A stretch of 64,000 nucleotides of DNA, taken from the NCBI RefSeq assembly GCF_018350175.1, contig NC_058369.1, positions 28,212,001 to 28,276,000 on the forward strand, given 5' to 3'. The notes under the pieces were generated by a model. The model saw only the letters and a program-made list of their open reading frames with translations, made no database searches and was not told the origin of the DNA. The position numbers were made by a program, and so were the translations under genes. Positions 40,081 through 53,240 of the stretch are shown piece after piece (within the stretch, counting starts at the first letter, position 1; each line of letters starts with the position of its first letter). Source of the DNA: Felis catus (lineage: Eukaryota).

Positions 40081-41095
40081 CTAGAGCACTTGTTCCAATT
40101 AAAATCATTTCGGGAGCTTTTCTAAAACCGTAGATTCTTAAGCTCCTCCCCAGCCCAACCCCAGCAGAACCCCTGGGATAATGAAGTCAAGAACACAGCT
40201 CTAGGACAAGTCCGTGAAGTGGGGATAACAACAGTCCCTTGTTCTCAAGGACACATGGAAAGCATTTAGCAAGTATTTTATAAAGCTAGTCATCATACCA
40301 TTGTTGGTATTGTATGCTGTCAAACAGTCATGCCACATTTCATTCAACAAGTAATTGTTAACTGCCAGCTAACACATAATATTGCCAAGTTGCTTAGAAA
40401 ACCGCTTTCCTATATCCAGTACAGAATTGTCAAACTAAAATGCAAGTAAAACCATGTATTTGGCACTGCACTACCATTAGGTGACTGCTATTTTCTCCAT
40501 ATTAGAGGCAGAGCAGAGTTGGTGAAAAAGTAGCACCTGATTAAATAGAAATAACAGCTAATACCATACTCAGTATTTTCATTCCAGCCGATTTCTACAT
40601 AAACACTTATTTAATTCTCCTGACAATGTTATGTGAAATGTGTTCCGTACATCAATGTTTGTGTATCTCTTTGAGCTCAGTTCCTAGATGTGAGAATCAC
40701 TGTGTTCAAAGGATAATGAATCTTCAAAGCTATTGACATGTACTGCTAACTATCTCTCACAAAAGGCTTATAAAAATTTACATTCAAAGTAATATAGGCA
40801 AAAGGCCTATTTCCCCATAACTTTGTCAGCATTGGGTGTTCTTCAATTCTCCAGATCTTTAATAAAAATTTGTTATTCCTCAGGAATATAATGTAGGAGG
40901 AAATGACTAACTAATCCAGCTAAAACAATCTGTGATGAATAGTCTGCCATGGCAAGAGAAGTCTCCCAGGGACCCAAGAAGCCAGGCACGATGAAAAAGA
41001 AACACTGTCTTTTTGGCTAAAAGAATGAAAAAGTTAGATTTTACCTTGAAAAATAAATGTGTCATTCCATTATGGATGGGAGTGATAAGATTTAC

Positions 41096-41320
41096 TTTTT
41101 TTTTTTTAATTTTCATAATGTTTATTTTTGAGAGAGTGAGAGAGAGAGCACAAGCAGGGGGGCAGAGAGAGAGAGAGAGAGAGAGACAAAGAATCCAAAG
41201 CAGGCTCCAGGCTCCGATCCGTCAGCACAGAGCCCAATGTGGGGCTCAAACACACGAACCTTGTGATCATGACCTGAGCCAAAGTTGGACACCCAACCGA
41301 CTGAGTCACCCAGGCGCCCC
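41096..41320 (-). mobile_element. Can-SINE
   Basis: Reverse-complement body. TSD taagatttactttt at 41086 and 41323. Confidence 0.96.
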
Positions 41321-42294
41321 ACTAAGATTTACTTTTAAAATGATTTGCTCTTCACTGGTGTTGTATGGAAACCAATTTGACGATAAATTTCAAAAATAAA
41401 AATAAAAAATAAAATAAATAAAATAATTTTCTCTTTTTATATCCTGATAAGACTTTGCAAATGGCAGGAATCTAGACCAACCCTAGAACGCATGACAAGT
41501 CTCTGAGAGTCATCAGAAGAAACCACATTGCAAATAAGTCCAGATACTTCTACCAAGTGGTAAATATGTTTTGATTCCAATTCACTTTATTTAAAAACTG
41601 GGGACTCAAAGGTTAGCCAACCAAAAATGTAAATGAGCTCAAAAAGCTGCTGGCTAACGAATTCTAAGAGCAACCTTACCAGGAAAAATGACCTGTGATC
41701 ACACTGAGAAACAGCGTATTTTCAGCTGGCCAGGCTCTCAAACACATTTTACTGGGGACTTGGAAAACAATCAAGGCACATAAATGGATAGCTGAGACAT
41801 AATTTAGGTTTAGGAAACTTATAAAACCTTCTTACTTACAGGCAGATGTCAAAATTGCACAGGAGACAGAAGAATATACCATAAGAAAATGACAAGAACA
41901 AAAAGAAAGAGAAGACAGCCTCAAGTGTCTGAGAATGCAAGCAAATGAAGGCGTACCTTAACATTTTTATACAAAGAAAAACAATTTTTAGTAAAGTAGA
42001 TTAACTCATCAACCTATGGTGTCACTAAAGAAAAATTTTCAATTGTTAAAAAAAAAAACAAACCCTCAAGCTCCGCTATTTATAAACAGAAAACACATAA
42101 GCATTTCAAAATGCCAACGCTTTTTCAAGCTCTCACTTCATCAGCAACCTCTGCCCCTCCACTCTCCCCTGTCACTTTCATGTGTTGCCACCAACTCTGA
42201 TCTCACTCCCCTGGTTCCTTCCCCTTCTACTACAAAGGTGTCAGGGATTGCCTACACTCAAGGAGTCTTTCCTTGGATTAGTTCCTCATTAAAC

Positions 42295-42800
42295 TAATCA
42301 CGTACTCAGCCAACAAGTATTTATTATGTGTCTACTATTTTCTAAATACTATTCTACCAGTGACCATGCCAGACCAGACCCCTATTCTCATGGAGCATTG
42401 TAAGGGCATGGTGAGAAGCATCAGTGAGCGGTGGGCACCAAAACCATCAGCAAGCCGAGATATTCCTGATTGTGATTTGAAGGAAATAATTAGGGTACAG
42501 AAGTAGGTAGTGACTCAGAGGGGGATGAAGTAATAGGTTTAGTGGAAAGGGAAGTAAATATCTGAATGAGGCAGAGCTCATTATATTCGAACATCTGGGG
42601 ACAGAGTGTTCCGTGCAAAGGAAACCAGTGCCCAGGCAAGAATGAGCATCAGGTCTTCAAGAAATGGAAGGAACAGAGGGCTAGTAGGGAGAGCAGAGTC
42701 TAAGAGCAGGAAGCAAAACAGAAAGGTGAGGAGACAGATTTAAAAGGTAGGGTAGGACCCGCTATGCAAGGCCTTGTTTGGTAATTCATTCAATGAGTGA
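42295..42800 (-). mobile_element. LINE-2 fragment
   Basis: aacaagtatttattatgtgtctactat (L2 tail, reverse complement) plus purine-rich body. Confidence 0.55.
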
Positions 42801-42924
42801 AGACAAAGATTTAAATTACAGGGCACTCAGTTTTCAAATTCCATTTTTTAAAGCAGGTCTTCACTATTATATGTGAAAATCATCTTAGGACCTTTTTTTT
42901 TTTTAATGTCCCTATGCCCTCAAA

Positions 42925-43810
42925 TTTTTTAAAAATTGAGCTACAACTCACACATAACATTCACCTGTTTAAATGTATAAGCCAGTGGTGGATAATCACA
43001 AAGTTGTGCAATGATCACAGATTTTCTTCACTCCAAAAAGAAACACCACATCCATGAGCAAATAGGTCACATGTCCCCCTCTCCACAGCCCTTGGCAAGC
43101 ACTGATCTACTTTCTGTCTCTACCTATTTGCCAGTCTGGACATTTCATGTAAAATGGAATTCTATAATATGTAGCTTTTTGTGTCTGGCTTCTTTCACTT
43201 GGCATAATGTTTCAATGTTCATCCACGTTGTAGCAGGTATCAGGTGTCATTCCTTTAAAATTTTTTTTTTTCAACGTTTATTTATTTTTGGGACAGAGAG
43301 AGACAGAGCATGAACAGGGGAGGGGCAGAGAGAGAGGGAGACACAGAATCAGAAACAGGCTCCAGGCTCTGAGCCATCAGCCCAGAGCCTGACGCGGGGC
43401 TCGAACTCACGGACCGCGAGATCGTGACCTGGCTGAAGTCGGACGCTTAACCGACTGCGCCACCCAGGCGCCCCAGGTGTCATTCCTTTTAAAGGCAGAC
43501 TCATCCCATTGTATATATGTACTACACTTTTTTTTAAAACCATTCACCAGTTGGTGGACATTTGAGTTCTTTCTCCTTTTGGGCTGGTATTAACAGTGTT
43601 GCTATGAACACTCAGGTACAAGCTTCTGTGTTAGCCTATGTTCTCAATTCTCTTGGGTGTATACCTAGGTGTGGAATTTCTGGGTCATATGGAAACTCTG
43701 TATTTAACTTTTTGAGAAACTGCCAAACTGTTTTCCTTAGAGATTCTACCATTTTATATTATCACCAACAAAGAATGAAGGTTCCAGTTTCTCAACATCC
43801 TCACCAACAG
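42925..43810 (-). mobile_element. LINE-1 3' region (L1MB-like) interrupted by a SINE
   Basis: cacagcccttggcaagcactgatctactttctgtctcta; tatacctaggtgtggaatttctgggtcatatgg; gagaaactgccaaactgttttcc. Confidence 0.85.
43257..43474 (-). mobile_element. Young SINEC_Fc-type Can-SINE
   Basis: Near-consensus and CpG-rich. TSD aggtgtcattccttt(t)aaa. Confidence 0.97.
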
Positions 43811-44059
43811 CCCTCTCCAACATATTTTAATTTCACTGGCCTGGCTTCTACCTGGAGATCCTTTGGGTTGGTTTGAGGAGTTCTCATGGCAATCCTAATG
43901 TGCAGGGTCAACATCCTGACAAGTATTTACACTTACTCCCTCTACTGTCTACCCCAGAATTCTGGATCTGTTAACATTCTGGCCACCACTTCCCACTCAG
44001 TAATGACATCTGCTTTATAGCTGATTCTTCCAGTGAAAGAATAAAATACAAATCAGATA

Positions 44060-44210
44060 TAAGATTATATTTATGATATATATAACCTTGTATTTATGGA
44101 ATTATAACATATAGCCCTGTAATTATATAACTATATAAAACCTTATATTTATATAATTATATAACCTTATACTTATATAAATTATATGTAACCTTTTAGA
44201 ATATAAATAG
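44060..44210. repeat. AT-rich low-complexity degenerate repeat (ttatata/aacc units)
   Basis: Read directly. Confidence 0.7.
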
Positions 44211-44899
44211 TCATTTATTTTCAGAGTACAATGAGTAAACAAAAAAATGTTTAAATCATTTGTGTGTATACATACCATAGGGAAAATCTGGAAATTAAGA
44301 ATGATTTGCCTGTTACAAAATGGGTTTGAAATAATTTTATTGTCTTCTCTGTATACTTTTATTTTCTACCATGATCATACATGGGACAAGCTTTCCAAGG
44401 AAATATTTTCAAATATCCTCACATAATGTGAATTATCAACCCCCTTCTCTCACTGACCCACTAGAGACCCATTCTTAAAGAACCCACCTGTAAAAAGTAT
44501 TTGCTCCTAAAGTACTTTTCATATAGTAAAGCAAGATGAACAGAATGAATAAATGACCTCTATGTGTTTTCCACTTCAACCTGACCTTGAGTATTAAACA
44601 CAGGATCTTACATGCAAAAATGTATAAAATTTAAAATTATTTATGTCACTTAAAAAACGTTTCCTGCCAAGTCAAACACAGGTGGTGGAGGTCTAGAACA
44701 CCAGTATTGAGGCCTGGAGTCATTTAGAAAATCAACAACCTGTGTTTGTAGATAACCAGCTCAAGAGGAAAAGACAGAAGCCTGAATAAAAAGGAAGCAG
44801 ATTTCTAAACTGAAGGACAAAGTATGGCATGACTTCTTGGTCTGCTGGAGACTGAGGGTCATCTTAGCAGTAAAAATAACCCAAACTCTATCTTCATAT

Positions 44900-45062
44900 A
44901 GACTTCAATAGCAGAGGGGAACTTACAGGTTAGTATATTAAAGTAATACTTTATGATGACAAATGGTAGCTTCACTTGTGGCGAGTATGGCCTAACACAT
45001 AGACTGGTGGAATCATGTTGCGTACCTGAATCTAACGGAACACTGTGTGTCAACATACTCAA
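44900..45062 (+). mobile_element. LINE-1 3' end fragment
   Basis: gaatcatgttgcgtacctgaatctaacggaacactgtgtgtcaacatactcaa. Confidence 0.7.
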
Positions 45063-45067
45063 AACAA

Positions 45068-45279
45068 TGTTTTTAAATGTTTTTAATTTATTTTTGAGAG
45101 AGACAGAGAGTGAGCAGAGGGAAGGGCAGAGAGAGAGGGAGACACAGAATCCGAAGCAGGCTCCAGGCTCTGAGCTGTCAGCACAGAGCCTGACACGGAG
45201 CTCATACTCACAAACCATGAGATCATGACCTAAGCCAAAGTTGGATGCTTAACCAACTGAGCCACCCTGGCAGACCCCA
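45068..45279 (-). mobile_element. Can-SINE
   Basis: Reverse-complement body ending ttaaccaactgagccaccctggcagacccc. Confidence 0.94.
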
Positions 45280-47989
45280 CCTGCAAACCCCGCCCCCCAA
45301 ATTTTTTTCAAATACTCAAGAAAGAATTTGCAGTTGAAAAAAAAAAAATTCACCTAATGTCATGTATTCCTTCTGGAGTAATCAAATTTTCTACTGCATT
45401 TCCATCCATACTATATTCTTCATATTAATCACAAAAGATTCATAAAAGTTCATTTCCACAGACTGGATAGTTATGGGAGGACGCCAACTCTGAACTAGTG
45501 CTAAAAGTTTGTATAGTATATTTAAGCCAACTGTGATCTTCCAGAAGCAGAAACCACACGTGAACATCCTTTTCAGTCCATAGGCCTCCAAGAGGTTAAG
45601 AGACATCCAAGGATATTTAACTTTTTTTTTTTAAGGTTTCTGGCATGTGAAAAAAAAATTGAAATACCAACACAAAAATTGCCCAAAGTTTTCTATTTTA
45701 AACATTAACATTGAACAGATTTACACTCCCAACGCAAATGAATACAAGACGATGATTACCACTGCGCACAAGAAACATGATTCCACTACTTTTTAAACAT
45801 AAAATATCTGGATTTTTGTGGTGAAGCAATGCCACTAACAGGTTTTTGCTAAAACGGAATAGTAAGGCTAATTACAGTGTCAATTATAGCTATGTGTCAC
45901 TCACAATTTATCGACGGATGTACTTCTATTGTGAGTATTCTACCACATCCAGCAATTTCTCATTGTGCTATTCAGAATATAATTACATGACTGATAAAAT
46001 CTATTACTTAACAGTCCACTTCAGGTGGTATGATCGAGTAAGGGAATACAGTCAGAAATGTGTGAAGATCTGCCTTCAGTCCTCTTCAATTAGCATATGG
46101 AAAAATCGCCTGACACTAAGATTTAAATTCAAGGTCTTGAACCAAAGACCATCCCAGGCTACCCTTCCACAGACTTCTCCCAGAGGTCCTTGGATGTGGG
46201 GAAAATGAAATCACCATAAGCCAAATTCTAACTTTTAGGTTATGTCCTCAGTAGAAACAACATGGTCAGATCTTATTGCAGCAACCATGAAAGGGTCCCG
46301 TGGGTCTTGAACTCAGCTCCCTCCCAACCCCCACTGCTATTCTGCCATCATAAAATATTAAGTAAACTATGGATTTTAAGCCAGTCCAAGTCTGACCCTT
46401 CCTCCCCTATCATGGTTTTTGCAGCACAGCATTAAACCAGGTTCCATCCAGGAGCAGTTTCAATTTCAATGCTTGATAAATGCCTTCTCATTTCCCTGTG
46501 CCATAAACAAATAGGTATTTCTCAATATCTCTTGGATGGACAGCGGTGTTTTCTTCTTTTTTCTCATCGTCTCACCATAATGGGCACTTGTCAGGGGATC
46601 TCCGTTCCTACCCATCTCATTACCTCTTCATTCTATTTGTCACCATTTGGAAATTCAGAACTCTTAATATTAGCTTACTCTTATGAACAGTAATGAGGCT
46701 CAGGCTGCCTACTGGGGAGCATCATCGAACACTAACGAGCGTGCACACCGAGGCCCACACCTGAATCCCATCACGTGGTTCCATTGTTCAGGCCAGGTGG
46801 GAGGCTTCTGTCCACAGGCAGGCTTCTGCAGTAGAGCTGGAGTTTGCAGGTGGCTATTATGCATTCACTTTGGTCTTATGATTCACACAGCTTTCCTGCG
46901 TGGTCGTCCTCATTTACATACTGGCTATTACCTCCCTTATAACAACACTATATTGTTTCATTCTTCCTTGTTCTCCTCTTCACTTGTTTAAGGACTTACC
47001 AGAGCTGAGAATTCTCAGAGAGAAGACTAATTGGTCGTTTTCCTACTGCTCCTTTTGATCTCTTCCTGACCTCAAAAGAAGAATGAGGCTCTTATAATCA
47101 TCTAGGTGATCGGTCTGTATACAAACCTTCCTTGATGTCTCCCACAGTGTCCAGCATGTTGCCTCAAATGCAAGAGGTGCTTGATAAATATTAAGTGACA
47201 TCTATACAGTGTTCTGAGTACCTAAGAAAGACAGGCCCAGATCTATAGGACACAGAAAGACAAAGGATGAAGAAGGAGCCGGTTCCCCCTGCAATTATGA
47301 CAAGGATGTCTTTGTGGCTCAGGAGGGAAGAGTGGATTGACCTGAAATGCATCTCTTCCTGGACTTAATGTCCTTTCATAGCATCAAGAACCCTGCACTG
47401 ATGACAACAAATGAGAACTGACTGAATACCCCCAGTGTGCCAGGGCCTACATAGGTGCTTGACCTACATCAGCTCACTTGAAGCCCAACAGCCTGTAGAT
47501 ACTGAGAAAACAAAACCCAAAGAAGTCCAATGACTTGATCAAGGTTGCCTGCCAGTGAAGAGCTCAAAGCACCTCTCAGTAAAGTTTACCAAGTGCTGCT
47601 CAGAAAGAGACAGGGCTAGAAGAGAGTGTGGGGTGCATTTGGGTGAATGGTGACACCCCAAAGGTGACGGAGGCCAGCATGAGCAGTTAGGAGCAGTGGC
47701 CTCACCCAGGTATGAAACTCTAGCTCTGTCCTGAATAGCCGTTTCCTCCTTTCCCTAACGAATACCATGTTGAACACTGTCTAGGAAGCACTGTGCACAG
47801 AGATAGGAATGTTTTCACGGCTTTTTGAAGCTAAGAAAAGACATTTCTGAAAGTACTTGGGGGTCAGCATTTATATATAGGATACCAGCAAGGACACCTC
47901 TGATGGATATCCATCATGTAGATACAAACAACTTGTGCAGTAACTTACTTAATATTGGCGTTTGTTAGTCATATTAACAACACGGAGAG

Positions 47990-48205
47990 TCCCATAGCCC
48001 TTGCTGTAAGCCAGGCATCATGCTCAATGCTTTCTGTAAATATCTCACTTAATCCTCTCAGTACCCTTGTGAGGTATTTTCATCATTCTGATTTTACAGA
48101 GAAAGCACTGAGAGTTTTAAATCACTTGCCTAAGTCCACATGGCCAATTAAAGGTGGCGCTAAGATCTGTACCCAGGGCATCAGACACTGGACTCCTCTC
48201 TACCT
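47990..48205 (-). mobile_element. MIR
   Basis: cttaatcctctcagtacccttgtgaggt...attttacagagaaagcactgag...cacttgcctaagtccacatggc. Confidence 0.7.
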
Positions 48206-51200
48206 CCTGCAATGCTAAGAAAGATCTTCTGCCCACATTGTGTCACTCGCTATGCTTTTAATGTAAACAGTCACTGCAGATGTCTACATCCAGGTGGGTG
48301 AGAAGAACGGGACAGGAAGAACACAGAAAGAGACATGTCAGGAAAGGAGTTTTCGTGTGCACGATTGTTGTCTACAGAGTCAGTCTGGTTTTCCACAGGT
48401 GGACAGAGATTACTCGAGCCCACAAGGTGGTTGTGCCAGATCTCTAGAGGCCAAACAAACAGGCCAAGGGCATAATCAAGCCCTGTGACTCTGCACATGG
48501 CTCTGCCTCATGGGCTCTCTCAGTTCACCCATGACACGACAGAGCATGTAGAGTTAGGGGCAACTCTGTCTGGAGCGTGTGCTGTTGCTAAGGGTAATTT
48601 ATGGCAACTTTCATTGCCCAGTGAGCTGTGAAACACAACACAATAATTAAAAGGCTGACAAGCAATCACTAATTAAGTGCATCTGCATTGTTGAATGGAT
48701 TTTGAGTCCTAGGAAAATCACGATGAGTGTTCTCCCAGAGCAGCATCTTTAGAGTTTTAAAATCTTAAAGCCTCTTGCTTTTCAACTAACGTTTCGAATA
48801 CCAGCTATTACAAATCTATACATTTTGACCTTGGTTTAATGACCAAAGTGAGAAAGGGTCATTGCTTTTCAAAACAAAGCAACCAATAGGGTTTTTCTTT
48901 GGCTCTCAAAATTTTATCTCAGCTTCAAATGATTTTGTTTAGATGATCCTTACTCCAACAGTCCTGCCAGAAAAGAGGCTTTGTTGGCATAACCTAACTC
49001 CTCTAACTCCTTGGGAGGCCACCGCACAAGCTGTTGGAAATCACACGTAGAATTGCTGCTGACTAGGCAGAGATAAGCTTTCTGGACCCCACCCCTCCAA
49101 ACCACTCAACCTCCTGTGATCCTGACCTAATTCTCTGACTGATACAGATGGCCACATGAAGACATTTCACGGTTCTGAATTTCATTCAGCATGCTCCTTG
49201 GAGTTCTAGGGTGCCATTGTTTATCCCTCCTGTCACTGTGTCCGGGAAGAACACTTTCCCTACTAAAGGCAGATTCCCAAAAACTCTTATCTCCAATGAG
49301 AAGAATCAAAGCTGCCTGGTTTTGTTGATACCGGGAAGGGCCCCTGCCTCGCCCCATGCCTTCCTCCTCCAGTACCAATGACAACCATTACTAATCAACT
49401 ATGGCATGTCCTTCTAAACAATTTTCTTAACAGAACCTTCCAGATAGTCATTACCAATCAATTAGACTTGCTGTGTGATGTACATCACCTATTTTTCACT
49501 CTAGTTCTTTAGATGAGTGACCCAGGGAGAGTTTTCATGGAAGTGCTGAGATGATTCTATTCATTTCGGGCTAAGGAGAGAATAACATGTGTAACTCCCA
49601 GAATCTCAACTCTTTGAATTAGGAACATGAATAATAAACTTCTAGCACTGAAATAACATGTCCTATGGTAATCCTCTGACTAATCACCTTGTTAATAAAT
49701 ATCTAAAGACCACATTTTTCTCTGGGCTTCCAGCTTCCACGGGAACATTCTGACGGTGACATAATTTTTAAATTAGTAGGTTTATTCATAGTTTTACATT
49801 AGTAAATGTCAAGCTTCTTACTAATTAGCAAATTCTGTAAATCCACAGTAGTATTAATTTTCAACTGTACAGCAAATTAATGAGAAAAAAAAAAAAGAAA
49901 GACAATTAAAATTTCCCTAAGGGGCACTTACTTCTATGAAATTCAGCACAAAGCAAGAAAACATTAACCCATTTTGAGGGTGCATTTAGAAAGGATTACA
50001 AAAGATGTGTCACTGTCAGTGAGAAGGAGTGAAGTGCACAGTTACCGTGGAGCACTCTTGGTTACAGATAAATTCTCAGATGACATTTTCTCAGGTTGCT
50101 GTGGCTGGGATTTCTCCTCTTGCCTTTGATTTTGTCAAATGCATTTTTTGGCTGCTTCTTGTTTAGTAAAATTCTATTATTTCTTTGTTGATGTTTCCAC
50201 TCCAATTGCTGGAGCGGTTTTTTCTGGCCTTAGAGGACAATGCATGGTATAATATTCGGATCTTCAAAAACTGCCCCACAAAAGATCTCTTACTCACCAA
50301 GTGGTTGTTAATATCAATCTCACTTCCTCCACTGACTTGTTGAGAGGGTGGAAAACTACCTACCTCTGGGTGGTTGTTTAACCTCCCAGCTCAAGATGAG
50401 AGAAAGCACATCCCTTCTATGGGCACTTATGCCATTTCTTTACAAAGCTGTCCTACAAACACTATTAAACAAATCTGCTCTTTTTTTTTTTTTTTTTCAA
50501 ATTCTCCTTCAATTGCTTAAGCCTATTGCTAAGATGTTGGAGTCCTCCTGTGTTGGTGGCCATGGAAACCACCTGTGTGCATCATGGCATAAAGTCTTCT
50601 CTTTGCTTTTCTGGGCACACTAGGCTGCTGAAGACAAGCCAGAATCCTATATTTGGAGAAGTACAGAGGTTTCAAGATGATGGCCCCCCAAAGGTTTCAG
50701 ATCACAGTTCATACTAAAATTGAAATGCACCATCGTATGCTCAGATGGGCAATGTGCACAATTTTTAAGTATACAAAGTAGACTGTGCACAGACAACTGT
50801 AACTTACATTTGGGGGGTCATTTCATTATCATGGCTATTGATGATGCAATTTGTTGCAGAAGAATGAGGTCTTCATGAATTAGTGCAGCACATGTGGAAG
50901 GGCCTGGCCTACCACCCTGTCCTATTTATAATACCTGTGACAGCCTCCAAATATAACACCCCTCACACACTGAGACTACACATTCATGTCTCCATCTCAC
51001 CTACTACGTCATGATCTCCTTGAGGGCAGAGTATGCTATCTGAAATCAGGTAATTATCAGCTCCCTTCCCCAACCAACTGAAAAGCCATGTGGAGAGGGA
51101 AGAACAGCTTTATGAATGGCTGAGCATTTCCCATCAGTCTCTGAATTCTGTAAGCAAACTTTAACAGGTTCAGTCCAGAAGCCAAATGGGCCTCACCCCA

Positions 51201-52459
51201 GGGCCCCAGGTCCACAGTGCTAGTGTGACTGGATTTCCCCCTCAGTCCAAGGTTGAAAATGGTAACTGGGAAGAATTACGCAGGTCTTTTACAGAGACTG
51301 ATGAATGCACATTCACAGCTATGGGCAAGTCCCACCAAAAGAGGGCAGAGTGTAACACCTTTAAGTGGCAAACTTTCCCCCACTAGCATATAGGCCACAG
51401 CTCAGTACATGCCATCTGTCACAAGGGAGGGCAGTTGCTACTTTTCCTAATTAAAAGTGTGTGCGTGTAAGAGAGGAATGGCGGGAAGGAAAGAGCCAGA
51501 GACTATAAAGAGAAGTTTTTAAGAAAGAAATAAGATTTTCACTGAATATTCCCATACATATAGCAGCCAGCACAGTGCCTGACAAATGGTCAATACCCAA
51601 CAAACATCATTTGAATAACGGATTCATTCAGTACAATTTTCAATAGCTCTGTCTCTTGTTTAATGTATCCTGAAAGAACAGTTTTAAACCAAGCCAATAC
51701 AGTAGAATGTCCTAAAGCACTGACATATGTGTAAGAATTAGTCCTTAAATTACCAATCAAATAGATGCTAAGGCAGGACCTATGTAAAAGCCAGTCCCAT
51801 TTCGAAGCAAAAGAACAAAGCCAAGCTTTGAATATAGCTATGCTTCCAATGCACCCGGGCCACAAGACACAACAAATTTTAGTTCATTCCTTCTCGGTCT
51901 CTCCTTCTCCGTTTAAACCAGTTACAGCCAAGTTACAAACGTAGAAACCTCAGAGACTGACAGAATAAGAGCTAGTCGAAGAATGTTTGAGCAATTTTTC
52001 CTGGCTTCAGATGATGATGAAATGGGGGGGGGGGCAAAAAACACCTCTATCAAGGACGTTGAAAGGAGTAGATGTGCAGTAGCGATCTGGGCAGAGGACA
52101 GGTGAATAGCTCAATTCTCACCCAGATGGGGAAAAAAAGTTCAGGCCATTATCCACTGTGACTTGAAAAAGCAACCCAGTGACTGAACTTTTTGATTCTG
52201 ATACCATTCAAATAAAAATGAGAGTTGGAGACAGAAGGACAAATGGCTCATTCTCTCTCTCATGAAAGTTGGTACCTATGCTCAGAGGGGCTAGTGGACT
52301 TCCTACCAAATTGTACCGGCTTTGCAACCTCTTGTTAATAGAGTAGACTCTACCACCTTCAAGAAAAGGCCTCTTGTCAACTACTCAGGACAATTACTGA
52401 TACCAAACATTCCCCACTTTCTTACTGCCCTGACTACAGGGGACTCACAATTAGTTTAT

Positions 52460-52508
52460 TAAAAAAAAAAGAAGAAGAAGAAGAAGAAGAAGAAAAGAAA
52501 AAGAAAAA
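52460..52508. repeat. A-tract / (GAA)n / (GAAAA)n purine microsatellite
   Basis: Read directly. Confidence 0.9.
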
Positions 52509-53181
52509 GGCTAGCAAAGTATGGAGATGAACCTGACTGTCCATACGTCAAGTAATACCTGCCAATAACCTGAGCCACTAATTATTACTCTATAACATGC
52601 TTTTCTGTGTTTAACCTGAGTTCTCCTTCACTTTTTCAATGTCTACCATATGTCACATCCTGTGCTGTGCCTTAACAAGAAAGAAATGGTCCCATCATCA
52701 TGGAAGTTGTGATCATAGAGTAACTAGTTCTGATTATTTTAGTCAGTAACTATATGCAGCAAGCAATGCCCTTTGTGGTTCTGTAGATACAGTAGTCAAC
52801 AGAACAAGCAAGCTCCTTTCTCTGATCAGGAGCAAACAATGGACTAGTAAAATAAGATTTTTAGAGAGTTAGGAGAGCTGGAAAAAAATCATGGGATAAT
52901 TAAGCTCAGAGGGATGGGTGGTGGGATCACAGAGATCAGATGGCTAGGCGGGGTCCCTCTGGGAAGGAATGTCTCAGCTGACACTGGGGTGAGTGAAGAA
53001 GCCAGCCAGCCAGGCAGGGTGTCACAGAGGTCTGATTTCCTCCAACCTCAGCTTCCAAAAGGAGGTAAACATTTTACACGAGTAGGTTAGTTGGCTTAAT
53101 TGGGTGGTTCAATACCAACCAGCCCTTCCTGGAGAAGAGCTCTACCACATCACGTGGGAGCTTGTTAGGAATTCACATTCT

Positions 53182-53240
53182 TGGGTGCCCGGGTAGCTCA
53201 GTCAGTTAAGTATCTGACTCTTGATTTTGGCTCAGGTCAT
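53182..53240 (+). mobile_element. Truncated Can-SINE 5' head only
   Basis: gggtgcccgggtagctcagtcagttaagtatctgactcttgattttggctcaggtcat, then no body or tail. Confidence 0.8.

Noticed and set aside
47901..47916. Perfect 16-bp palindrome TGATGGATATCCATCA
   Set aside because: About one such palindrome is expected by chance in 64 kb.
50292..50420. Strong minus-strand donor TTG|GTGAGT near 50300 as a possible 5'UTR exon
   Set aside because: No convincing paired acceptor. Cannot be told from a pseudo-site.
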